DNA of 32,000 bases from Dickeya dadantii NCPPB 898 (GTDB taxonomy: Bacteria; Pseudomonadota; Gammaproteobacteria; Enterobacterales; Enterobacteriaceae): the NCBI RefSeq assembly GCF_000406145.1, contig NZ_AOOE01000043.1, forward strand, positions 1-32,000, in the 5' to 3' direction. The notes beneath the pieces are model-generated. The model was not told where the DNA came from, did not search any database, and saw only the letters and a program-made list of their open reading frames with translations. Position numbers and translations under genes: made by a program. Shown one piece after another: positions 7,987-20,194 of this stretch (positions are counted from its first letter, which is position 1; the number at the start of each line of letters is the position of its first letter).

Positions 7987-8032
7987 AAATAAACTGTACG
8001 GTTTAGTTTATATAAAGAAAAAACACTGTCAA
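7987..8032 (-). promoter_or_regulatory. sigma70 promoter candidate with an embedded 22-bp GTAC-centred palindrome (site B) for the mini-lipoprotein genes
   Basis: The minus strand reads TTGACA (8032-8027), 16-nt spacer, TAAACT (8010-8005). The palindrome spans 7987-8008 (minus strand AACTAAACCGT|ACAGTTTATTT) and pairs at 9 of 11 arm positions. The 13 nt GTACGGTTTAGTT are identical to site A. Confidence 0.55.
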
Positions 8033-8182
8033 GGCGTTGATTGTCTGAAAAAGAGGGATGAAGACGTACCAAAAAATATCGCTGCGTGACGTACGATGCC
8101 GTTGAGCAAACGCCACGCAGATGAGGTTAACGAGGAAAATGTTGGATTTATTGTCCCAATGGGCAACCAGCCCGCTGGCGAT

Positions 8183-8809
8183 TCATTTCCCTGCCTGCGG
8201 GGATGCCCCATGCAGGAAAAGCTGGACACCGTTTCTCACCATTTCTTTGACGCGATCGGTCGAATAATCAGGCAGTTCACGCTGCAACAGCACCGCATCC
8301 GCTTCGGCTTTGACCAGCGACGTAAACTGCATGGCTCTCAGCATGGGATCTGCCGGAGCCAGTTCGCCGGTTTGCATAGCCTCGGCCATGAGATCGGCCA
8401 ACCTGGCCATGCTCTCTTTCGGCCCCGACCCCTGAAACAAGGCACCGATATCTGAATGGCCCGCCTCGCCAACCACAATGCGATAAATTTGCAAAGCCGG
8501 GTTGCCACCGGTCAGAACATGCATCATTTTTTCACCAAAACGCGTCAACTTGATCTCCAGAGAACGCTGCCCGTCTTCCGGCATGTCGAGCTCCGCCGCC
8601 GCGTCCGTCAAAAAGCGCGTACTGTAGGTGCGTACAACCGTCTCAAACAACGCTTCCTTTGAGGGAAAGTAGTTATAGAGCGTCGCCTTCGACCCCCCTG
8701 CTCGTTTAGCCACCTCATTCATGGACGCCCGTTCGTATCCCGTTTCCTGAAACAATTGGGCGGCGGCATCGATAATGGCCTGCCGTTTTTCCTCAGTCAG
8801 TGTTCGCAT
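8183..8809 (-). CDS. TetR/AcrR-family transcriptional regulator
   Basis: 208 aa with GAGGAGG upstream of the ATG. The N-terminal HTH is typical of TetR (IIDAAAQLFQETGYERASMNEVAKRAGGSKATLYNYFPSKEALF). Confidence 0.9.
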   Translation of the reverse strand: MRTLTEEKRQAIIDAAAQLFQETGYERASMNEVAKRAGGSKATLYNYFPSKEALFETVVRTYSTRFLTDAAAELDMPEDGQRSLEIKLTRFGEKMMHVLTGGNPALQIYRIVVGEAGHSDIGALFQGSGPKESMARLADLMAEAMQTGELAPADPMLRAMQFTSLVKAEADAVLLQRELPDYSTDRVKEMVRNGVQLFLHGASPQAGK

Positions 8810-8862
8810 TACGCCTCCTCTGGCACCTGTCCGGAATGATGTAGTCAGCGTTATTCTTAGGT

Positions 8863-8884
8863 AACCGGACAGTACAGTTTAATT
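8863..8884. promoter_or_regulatory. weaker relative of the GTAC-centred operator (site C) upstream of the TetR gene
   Basis: The minus strand reads AATTAAACTGT|ACTGTCCGGTT. The first 13 nt match site B at 11 of 13 positions. It lies 54-75 nt upstream of the TetR ATG (8809). CCGGACAG (8865-8872) has an inverted partner CTGTCCGG at 8827-8834. Confidence 0.4.
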
Positions 8885-9250
8885 ATGTCGCAGTATGCCA
8901 CATTCCGGCCCCCCAAGAAACCGCGCGGCGTTGACCATCTCCCGTATGTGTAAGTCGAGTTTCGGTAACAGCGCGCCCAGCAGTTAAAATCGTACATTTG
9001 TATTAAAATAGATATTTAAGTCCGTAAAATTAAATTTTATGAAAATAAATAAGAATTAAATTCTGAATATAAAATCATAAATGGTTTTTTGATCCAAAAG
9101 TTCATTCTGTTTTTTTGAGCAAGATTGTCAAATCCACGCTATTCTCTTCTCACTGCCAGCAAGGATACGATGCAGGCCGGATTACGGAACGCCCGATATC
9201 GCCCGCTGTCATCGTGGGCTGGCATTCCCGCTGACGCCCGGAGAGGAACC

Positions 9251-9811
9251 ATGAGATCGAAAAGTGAAATCACAGCAGAACAACTGATACGCAGCGCCGC
9301 GGCCATCATTCGGCGTGATGGTCTGCACGCCTGTACGCATCGGGCTGTAGCTGAAGAAGCGCAGATGTCGCTGGGCGCCACCACCTACCATTTTAAAACG
9401 CTGGATGATCTGCTGGCCGCGGTGATGCATCAGGCGATTGAAGACTTTGCGGTCAGCACCCGGCATTGGCTTTCGCTGCGTGGAACCGACGACCCTGCCG
9501 CGATCCTGACCGATTTCGTATTCTGGACTATCGGCGAGCGCTCAAGGCTGACTCGTGAGTACGAACTGTTCGTGGCCGCGGTTTCCCGCCCCTTCCTGCG
9601 GGCGCACGCCGCCGAGTGGCTACATGCCCACGAAACGATATTGAGCGAGCATTTCGGTTTCAGCCGCCCGGTGTCGCAAGCGGCGGTGTCGTTCACCGAT
9701 GCCTGGTTGATGCGCGGCATTCTGAGCGGCGTCGATGACTTGCCGGATGCGGATGTGATTCAGGCGGCGTTTCACGCCATCGTCACCAACAGGTCCGCCA
9801 TCGGTCCTTAA
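9251..9811 (+). CDS. TetR-family transcriptional regulator
   Basis: Track ORF 9125..9811 begins at TTG. I prefer the ATG at 9251 (MRSKSEITAEQLI...), which follows GGAGAGGA. The HTH region reads LHACTHRAVAEEAQMSLGATTYHFKTLDDLL. Confidence 0.85.
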   Translation: MRSKSEITAEQLIRSAAAIIRRDGLHACTHRAVAEEAQMSLGATTYHFKTLDDLLAAVMHQAIEDFAVSTRHWLSLRGTDDPAAILTDFVFWTIGERSRLTREYELFVAAVSRPFLRAHAAEWLHAHETILSEHFGFSRPVSQAAVSFTDAWLMRGILSGVDDLPDADVIQAAFHAIVTNRSAIGP

Positions 9812-9948
9812 CGCACATCTGTGCGGGTCATTGCCACCCGCCCCCATTGAAATTGAAACGATACATGTTCCTCCGGGGCGGTGAACTGCCCCGGCAGGCA
9901 TGACTTTGCCGGTAATAAACGACCGGCGAAAACTGGAGCAGTACCTCT

Positions 9949-10033
9949 ATGGGAAAAGTACCTACATGGAAAAAATACCGGCATGGGGAAAGTCCCTGCG
10001 CGGGAAAAATACCTAAATGGGAAAAGTACCTAC
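9949..10033. repeat. 17-bp x5 tandem direct repeat immediately upstream of the solute-binding-protein gene
   Basis: The copies are ATGGGAAAAGTACCTAC (9949), ATGGAAAAAATACCGGC (9966), ATGGGGAAAGTCCCTGC (9983), GCGGGAAAAATACCTAA (10000) and ATGGGAAAAGTACCTAC (10017). Copies 1 and 5 are identical. A degenerate copy precedes the array (9932-9948, ...GTACCTCT). Confidence 0.9.
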
Positions 10034-10053
10034 ACGTAACCAAGGACTATCGT

Positions 10054-11175
10054 ATGAAGAATGTGAATAACGCGATGAAGGCAGCCGGATTAACGCTGGC
10101 GCTCGCGGGAAGCACGGCAGCCTTTGCCGGGAATGCCGCCACTACGCCGGAACAACGATCGCTGGACCAGATTTACCAGAGCGCGCTAAGAGAAGGCGGT
10201 GTAGTCACGGTCTACGCCGGCGGCGACACCGCGGGCCAGCAGGATGGCATCAAGCAGGCGTTCGAAAAACGCTTTCCGGGTATGACGCTGAATGTCATCG
10301 TGGATTACAGCAAATTTCATGATGCCCGCATCGATAACCAGCTGGCGACCGACAGCCTGATTCCGGACGTCGTTCAGCTACAGACGTTGCAGGATTATTC
10401 GCGCTGGAAAAAAGAAGGCGCACTGCTGAACTACAAGCCGGCGGGCTGGGACAAGATCTGGCCGGCATTCCGGGATCAGGACGGTGCCTGGACCGGCATT
10501 TTCGTCGATGCGTTCAGTAATGTGGTCAACACCAAGCTGGTCGATCAGAAATCCTGGCCGCGTGAAGCCAATGATTACCTGCGCCCTGACCTGAAAGGAA
10601 AAATCGTTGTCACCTACCCGAACGACGACGACGCCGTGCTGTTCTGGTTCAAACAGGTGGTGGATAAATACGGCTGGGATTATGTGGCGAAGTTCAGCGA
10701 ACAAGAGCCGGTTTACGTACGTGGCACCCAGGCGCCGGCGGACGATGTGGAAAGCGGCAAGTCCGCGGTAACCTTCTCCACTGACGGCGCGCTGGTTCCT
10801 GACGCCAAAGCCAGTTCCCGCTTTGTGCTGCCGGCACAAGATCCGTTTGTCGCCTGGGCGCAGCGCGTGGCAATCTTTAAACAGGCTAAGCATCCGGAAT
10901 CCGCCAGGCTGTATCTGAGCTGGCTGCTGGACCCGAAAACCCAGACCGACGTCTGGTATATGTGGTCGGTTCGCACCGATGTGGCGCCGCCGGCCGGTTA
11001 CAAGCACATCTGGGAATACAAGAATGCCAGTCCGGAAGCCTTCGAGCGTTTCATGAGCGACCGGGCGGCAGTCGAACGTTTCAGAGCGCAGATCGGTTTG
11101 TATCTGGGCGAAGTCAAAGGCGAACCGTCGCCGGGCTGGCTCGGCCTTCACCCGGAACAGGCGCTGCCGCACTGA
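10054..11175 (+). CDS. periplasmic ABC-type solute-binding protein (family-1 / Fe3+-polyamine-like fold), orphan
   Basis: Track ORF 9949..11175. The true start is probably the ATG at 10054 (MKNVNNAMKAAGLTLALAGSTAAFAG|NAA, a signal peptide) after AAGGA. The sequence is typical of an SBP (VTVYAGGD..., PDVVQLQ...). No permease or ATPase gene is adjacent. Confidence 0.85.
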   Translation: MKNVNNAMKAAGLTLALAGSTAAFAGNAATTPEQRSLDQIYQSALREGGVVTVYAGGDTAGQQDGIKQAFEKRFPGMTLNVIVDYSKFHDARIDNQLATDSLIPDVVQLQTLQDYSRWKKEGALLNYKPAGWDKIWPAFRDQDGAWTGIFVDAFSNVVNTKLVDQKSWPREANDYLRPDLKGKIVVTYPNDDDAVLFWFKQVVDKYGWDYVAKFSEQEPVYVRGTQAPADDVESGKSAVTFSTDGALVPDAKASSRFVLPAQDPFVAWAQRVAIFKQAKHPESARLYLSWLLDPKTQTDVWYMWSVRTDVAPPAGYKHIWEYKNASPEAFERFMSDRAAVERFRAQIGLYLGEVKGEPSPGWLGLHPEQALPH

Positions 11176-11232
11176 GTTATCTGCCATGTAATACGTTATC
11201 CACTATGTAATATGTTATCCGCCACGTAATAC
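11176..11232. repeat. 19-bp x3 tandem direct repeat starting at the first base after the SBP stop codon
   Basis: The copies are GTTATCTGCCATGTAATAC, GTTATCCACTATGTAATAT and GTTATCCGCCACGTAATAC. The last copy extends into the palindrome CACGTA-A-TACGTG (11223-11235). Confidence 0.9.
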
Positions 11233-11262
11233 GTGAGTGAATGACCTATCGCTCATTTGCCA

Positions 11263-11296
11263 GGGATTCCGCCGTGTCACGGAATCCCTTTTTTAT
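11263..11296 (+). terminator. rho-independent terminator of the SBP gene
   Basis: GGGATTCCG-N8-CGGAATCCC forms a 9-bp perfect stem followed by TTTTTTATT. Confidence 0.75.
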
Positions 11297-11484
11297 TCCG
11301 CAGAAAACCCGTTCCGCCCGCAAGCTAAATCTCATCACATCTCGCGTCACGTTAAGTCTTCTTCACATTAAGTCTTCTTATGTTATCCAGAATTTCGGCG
11401 CCGTCACGTCCGGATGAACGTAACCGACTACACTATGATTACACGGCATTTTTCCTGATTCTAACCATTCACCGGGATGTGCAT

Positions 11485-13353
11485 ATGACGCATACGCAGC
11501 AAGAAAAAGCACCAGGTTTGCTGGCTATTTCCGCTCTGGGCATTGTATTTGGCGATATCGGTACCAGCCCGCTTTATACCTTCAATACCGTGATACAACT
11601 GGCCGGCGATGGCAGCCGACCGGAAACCATATTGGGCCTGCTTTCCACCCTGTTCTGGACGTTGATCATCGTTACCTCGATCAAGTACGCCTTGTTTGCC
11701 ATGCGGATCGACAACAAAGGCGAAGGCGGCGTGCTGGCGTTGATGTCGCTGTTGCAGAATAATCAGGCCAAACGCCAGAAATGGATTATTGCCGCCGGGC
11801 TGCTGGGCGCGGCCTTTATCTATGGCGACGGCGCGATCACGCCGGCGATCTCGGTATTGTCGGCGCTGGAAGGACTGGAGCTGGTTTTGCCGGAAACCAC
11901 CGATTACATCCTGCCGCTGACAATAGTCCTGCTGGTCCTTATCTTCGCCATTCAGCCAATGGGTACAGCCAAAATCAGTCGGTTTTTCGCACCGGTGATG
12001 CTGCTATGGTTTGCGACGCTGGCTCTGCTGGGCATCAGGAGCATCATGAATTATCCGGCCGTGCTCTGGGCGTTGAACCCCGTCCATGCGCTGACATTTT
12101 TCGCTACCCACGGGCATATCGCCCTGCTGATTCTGGGCGGCGTGTTCCTGTGCGTCACCGGGGCGGAAGCGCTGTATGCCGATATGGGGCACTTTGGCCG
12201 TAAGCCCATCTGGATTGCCTGGTATACGATGGCGCTACCTTGCCTGCTGCTCAATTATGCCGGTCAGGCGGCATTTATCTTATCCGGCACCGACGCCAAC
12301 AATAATATTCTTTTTCGCCTGTGCCCTCCGGCGCTGCAAATACCGCTGGTGATTCTCGCCACGCTGGCTACCATCATTGCCAGTCAGGCCATTATTTCCG
12401 GCGCGTTTTCCATGACGCGGCAGGCGATTCAGCTCGGCTGGTTGCCCAGAATGAAAATCACCCAGACGGCGGAGCAAAGCTACGGCCAAATCTATCTGGG
12501 CACCGTTAACTGGCTATTGATGGTGGTTACGCTCAGCCTGGTCATCCTCTTCCAGTCTTCGGAACGGCTGGCCGCCGCCTATGGTATTGCCGTTTCCATC
12601 ACGATGCTGATGACGACGCTGCTGTTATATATGGCAATGCGTAAGATTTGGCACTGGAACAAGATGCTGAGTCTCAGCATCACCGCCATTTTTATCCTGA
12701 TCGATGTGGGATTCTGCGTCGCCAATATGCTGAAAGTGTTCGACGGCGGCTATGTTCCGTTGTTGCTGGCGATGCTGATTTTCTGCGTGATGTTTATCTG
12801 GCGTCGGGGTGTGACCCGCGTATCGCAGACCGTGGCGGAAAAAACGCTGCCGGTAGACGAGTTTCTCTCATCGCTACAGGCTGATGGCATTTCGCGCGTG
12901 CCGGGCGTCGCCGTATTTTTAACCCGCGTGCAGAATGTCGCGCCGCCGGTGATGCGCTGGCATGTCAAACGTAACCAGGCCTTGCATGACAAGATCATCG
13001 CCCTGACCATTCAGGTGCTGGATGTGCCGCGCGTCAGGGAGGAAGACAAATTGGTGTTAACCGAAAAATTTCCCGGTTTCTGGCAAGGCGTGGCCTACTA
13101 CGGATTTATGGAGAAACCCAATATTCCCGAACTGCTCAGGCAAACGCCGCCGCTGAAAGCCTGTGCCGATCATGAATCCGTAACCTATTATATCGGCCAT
13201 GAGTCGATCGTCGCCAAAGACAGTACGGACGCCCTGCCGCGCTGGCAATCCTACCTGTTCGCCTGGATGATGCGAAACTGCCTGCATGTCACGGAATACT
13301 ACCAGTTGCCGGGTAATCAGGTGATCGAGATCGGTCGACGCATCGCCATCTAG
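11485..13353 (+). CDS. kup: KUP/HAK/KT-family potassium uptake protein
   Basis: Track ORF 11380..13353. The ATG at 11485 gives 622 aa, the same length as E. coli Kup. It carries the G.VFGDIGTSPLYT signature, EALYADMGHFG, about 12 TM segments and a C-terminal cytoplasmic domain. Confidence 0.9.
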   Translation: MTHTQQEKAPGLLAISALGIVFGDIGTSPLYTFNTVIQLAGDGSRPETILGLLSTLFWTLIIVTSIKYALFAMRIDNKGEGGVLALMSLLQNNQAKRQKWIIAAGLLGAAFIYGDGAITPAISVLSALEGLELVLPETTDYILPLTIVLLVLIFAIQPMGTAKISRFFAPVMLLWFATLALLGIRSIMNYPAVLWALNPVHALTFFATHGHIALLILGGVFLCVTGAEALYADMGHFGRKPIWIAWYTMALPCLLLNYAGQAAFILSGTDANNNILFRLCPPALQIPLVILATLATIIASQAIISGAFSMTRQAIQLGWLPRMKITQTAEQSYGQIYLGTVNWLLMVVTLSLVILFQSSERLAAAYGIAVSITMLMTTLLLYMAMRKIWHWNKMLSLSITAIFILIDVGFCVANMLKVFDGGYVPLLLAMLIFCVMFIWRRGVTRVSQTVAEKTLPVDEFLSSLQADGISRVPGVAVFLTRVQNVAPPVMRWHVKRNQALHDKIIALTIQVLDVPRVREEDKLVLTEKFPGFWQGVAYYGFMEKPNIPELLRQTPPLKACADHESVTYYIGHESIVAKDSTDALPRWQSYLFAWMMRNCLHVTEYYQLPGNQVIEIGRRIAI

Positions 13354-13379
13354 TCATTTATAATTAGTCACTTACGATG

Positions 13380-13418
13380 GAGGACAGGCATATTTCCCTG
13401 CCTGTCCTCGCGTTTATC
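13380..13418 (+). terminator. terminator candidate after kup
   Basis: GAGGACAGGCA-TATTTCCC-TGCCTGTCCTC forms an 11-bp perfect stem. The tail GCGTTTAT is weak. Confidence 0.5.
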
Positions 13419-13635
13419 CCAACCTCTTCCTGCCCGACAAAGGAGAGGCCGTAACTCGTTCCACGTTTGCGCCATACGTAAAACCCACATTTCCCCTCCT
13501 GCCTGACGATAATCACGCCAATGTTTCAAGTTACCGAGGGTATTAAAAATATAAGTATGTTGTAACTAAATAGGTTGTTGTAACTAAATGAGTTTAACGA
13601 GGCAGAGCGACATAGATAAATTCTCAATGAGAAAG

Positions 13636-13665
13636 TGAAAAAATAAAGGGCGGATAGCCGCCCTT
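13636..13665 (-). terminator. rho-independent terminator of prtA
   Basis: The minus strand reads AAGGGCGG-CTAT-CCGCCCTT followed by TATTTTTTCAC, 15 nt after the prtA stop. Confidence 0.75.
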
Positions 13666-13679
13666 CGGTGATCAGACAG

Positions 13680-15152
<1,473 letters not shown>

Positions 15153-15494
15153 TCATTAAATTTTTAGATAAAGAACACCTCTGCCAATCTAATGACATAT
15201 TTTTCAGCATATAAGCCTGATGATATTTGACACAGACAAACAACGCCGTCACTGGCGCTAATTATTTATATAAGCCACTGTAATGTTTTTGTAAAGAGTC
15301 GTTAATCAATTTTCTATTTACTGGAGAGTTAACCCACGGCTTCAATACGATGCTAATTGATTAAAGTGGAATAAGTTATTTGAATGATGGCAAATAAAAA
15401 AGAAACGGTTGCTTGTTAAAACGGTTAATTTTATCGAGAGGATTTAATACAGAGAAAATAATTTCAGGAATGAATTCTACCCTAATGCAGAATG

Positions 15495-15526
15495 GAATAT
15501 TAAACAGGGCAGATAAACTGCCCTGT
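15495..15526 (-). terminator. hairpin/terminator candidate after prtC
   Basis: The minus strand reads ACAGGGCAG-TTTAT-CTGCCCTGT followed by TTAATATTCC, a weak T tract. A homologous hairpin follows prtB. Confidence 0.5.
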
Positions 15527-15546
15527 GCAATATTTTCAGAATATCA

Positions 15547-17019
<1,473 letters not shown>

Positions 17020-17084
17020 TCATCCTTTATTCAGGACGAGCAACGCCCTGCCAGAATGACATGATAATAAGATTCCCGTGGAAA

Positions 17085-17117
17085 TCTTATTAAACAGGAT
17101 GGTTAACCCACCCTGTT
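17085..17117 (-). terminator. hairpin/terminator candidate after prtB
   Basis: The minus strand reads AACAGGGTGG-GTTAA-CCATCCTGTT followed by TAATAAGATTTC, a weak T tract. Confidence 0.45.
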
Positions 17118-17136
17118 TAATATTTTCAGTGGTTGA

Positions 17137-18609
<1,473 letters not shown>

Positions 18610-18793
18610 TTACTGTCAGAATGCCTTGTTTCGCCATTAAATCGCCGGCAATTATCATCACGGCTAATTTAATGACATACCCATCTCTCGCAGCGGGCTG
18701 CGAAAGAAATTTCGTGGAAACTGCAATCAATTTTTGTAGAGAAAACCATCAGTTTTCATAGACACCACAACCAACTAACGCCAAAGGTTACCG

Positions 18794-20182
18794 CTAATTC
18801 GTTTTATTACCGGTGGCCGCGTTTATTCCGGTTTTATTTATTACAGGCGCAGATTGAAACCAGGCAGCCAATTGCATCATATCCTGCTCATTCAGCGTTC
18901 CGGCGGTATAGCGCAAATTCAGCCAGGCCTGTAACCAGCGATATTTGACTTCCGTCAGCTCGCGGCGGGCGTTATACCACTCCTGTTCCGCCATCAGCAC
19001 GTCCAGATTGATGCGCTCGCCGCCGGCGACGCTCTGCCGCGTCGCGCGGATCGCTTCCTCAGCGGCGGCCACGCTCATCTGCCAGGCTCGGATTTTGGCG
19101 GCCCCATTGGCGCACAGGTTGAACTGACGGCGTAATTCCGCAAAGGTCTGCCGGGTCTGGTTATCCAGCTCCGCCTGACTTTGCTGGTATTCCGCCGCTG
19201 CCTGACGCATCGAGGCCGAAACGGCGCCGCCGGAATACAGCGGCACGCGCACCTGCAAACCGACGGTCTGGGTGTCGTATTTCTGGTTGTAGTTGTATTC
19301 AGACTCCGACAAGCTGTTGCGGGTGGACGCCACCAAATCCAATGTCGGCAGATGGCCGGCGCGATTACGCTCAATTTCGTAGCGGCTGTAATCGACGTTT
19401 TCACGCTGTACCGCCAGCTTTGCGTTGTGCCGCACCGTCAGTTCGCGCCACTGCGACAGCGAGCGATTTTCGGTGACATTATCCGGCAACGTATCCAGCG
19501 CCAACGGCGACAGATCCTGAATTTGCAACGGCGAACCCATCATGTTTTCCAGATCGGTCATAGCGGCATCCAGCGTATCTTCCTGTTCGATACGCTGGGC
19601 TTCAGTGACGGTGTAACGCGCCTCCGTTTCCCGCAGGTCGGTTTGCGTGCCTTCCCCCGCCGCCAATAAGCGACGGTTCAGCGCCAACTGCTCCTGATAG
19701 GCACGGCGCTGCGCATCCAGCAGCATCAATTTCTCCTGCGCCAGCAATGCCTCGCTCCAGGACTGGTACAAACGCACCATCAGGTCCTGACTGCGATCGC
19801 GAAATCGCTGATCGGCCATCAGTTTGCGGGTGACGCCCTGCTGGTAGCGCGCCCAGGCGGCATAGTCCAGCAGCGGCTGACGCAGCGTCAACGTCGATAC
19901 GTAGTTATCGTAGTCACGTTTAGTCGTGTTATTCAGCGTCCGATCGCGTTGCGTCACCTTGGAATGACTGTAATTAGCGCCATAGGTATATTGCAGCGAC
20001 GGCAGCAACCCGGCGCGGCCGATCGCCACCTCTTCCTGCCCGGCGTCTCGTTCGAAACCGGCCGCCCGCAGCTGTGCGTCATTACGCAGCGCCAGTTCCC
20101 ATGCATCCAGCAGCCCCATCGCCTGGGCGCTGCCGCCCGACAGAGATAACACGACCGTCAGTAGTACCGCTTTCCTTCGCAT
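18794..20182 (-). CDS. prtF: TolC-like outer-membrane factor of the protease type I secretion system
   Basis: 462 aa with a signal peptide (…GGSAQA|MG). It shows the two-repeat TolC-family pattern and has GGAAGGA upstream. It starts 12 nt after the prtE stop. Confidence 0.93.
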   Translation of the reverse strand: MRRKAVLLTVVLSLSGGSAQAMGLLDAWELALRNDAQLRAAGFERDAGQEEVAIGRAGLLPSLQYTYGANYSHSKVTQRDRTLNNTTKRDYDNYVSTLTLRQPLLDYAAWARYQQGVTRKLMADQRFRDRSQDLMVRLYQSWSEALLAQEKLMLLDAQRRAYQEQLALNRRLLAAGEGTQTDLRETEARYTVTEAQRIEQEDTLDAAMTDLENMMGSPLQIQDLSPLALDTLPDNVTENRSLSQWRELTVRHNAKLAVQRENVDYSRYEIERNRAGHLPTLDLVASTRNSLSESEYNYNQKYDTQTVGLQVRVPLYSGGAVSASMRQAAAEYQQSQAELDNQTRQTFAELRRQFNLCANGAAKIRAWQMSVAAAEEAIRATRQSVAGGERINLDVLMAEQEWYNARRELTEVKYRWLQAWLNLRYTAGTLNEQDMMQLAAWFQSAPVINKTGINAATGNKTN

Positions 20183-20194
20183 TGCTTCCTTCCG

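Noticed and set aside
7761-8072. 103-aa minus-strand ORF covering the mini-lipoprotein region.
   Set aside because: It has no RBS or promoter logic and an odd composition. It is in a different frame from the two short ORFs, which both have an SD, a lipobox and paralogy.
9949-10053. Upstream start extensions in the ORF track: SBP from 9949, kup from 11380, TetR from 9125 (TTG), prtA from 15140, prtG from 25291 and the ClbS-like gene from 1872.
   Set aside because: The downstream ATGs have better SD sequences. They also give N-termini (signal peptide, HTH, paralog-aligned propeptide) and lengths that match the families. The SBP extension is simply the 17-bp repeat array read in frame.
11352-11379. 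Short direct repeats: TTAAGTCTTCTT x2 upstream of kup (11352-11363 and 11368-11379) and GTTGTAACTAAAT x2 (13559-13571 and 13577-13589) downstream of kup.
   Set aside because: They are real but short two-copy repeats in AT-rich spacers with no associated structure or motif I can interpret. They are likely slippage products.
13385-13397. The 13-nt sequence CAGGCATATTTCC is shared by the kup terminator hairpin (13385-13397) and the prtG-inh hairpin (23736-23748). I considered a dispersed REP-like element.
   Set aside because: There are only two copies, the flanking stems are unrelated, and chance 13-mer matches are expected in a 32-kb window when both strands are counted.
17039-17054. Sigma-54-like element CTGGCAgggcgTTGCT upstream of prtC (minus strand).
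   Set aside because: The GG-to-GC spacing is one nt shorter than the strict -24/-12 rule. The corresponding prtA sequence (TGGCAGAGGTGTTCT) lacks the GC element.
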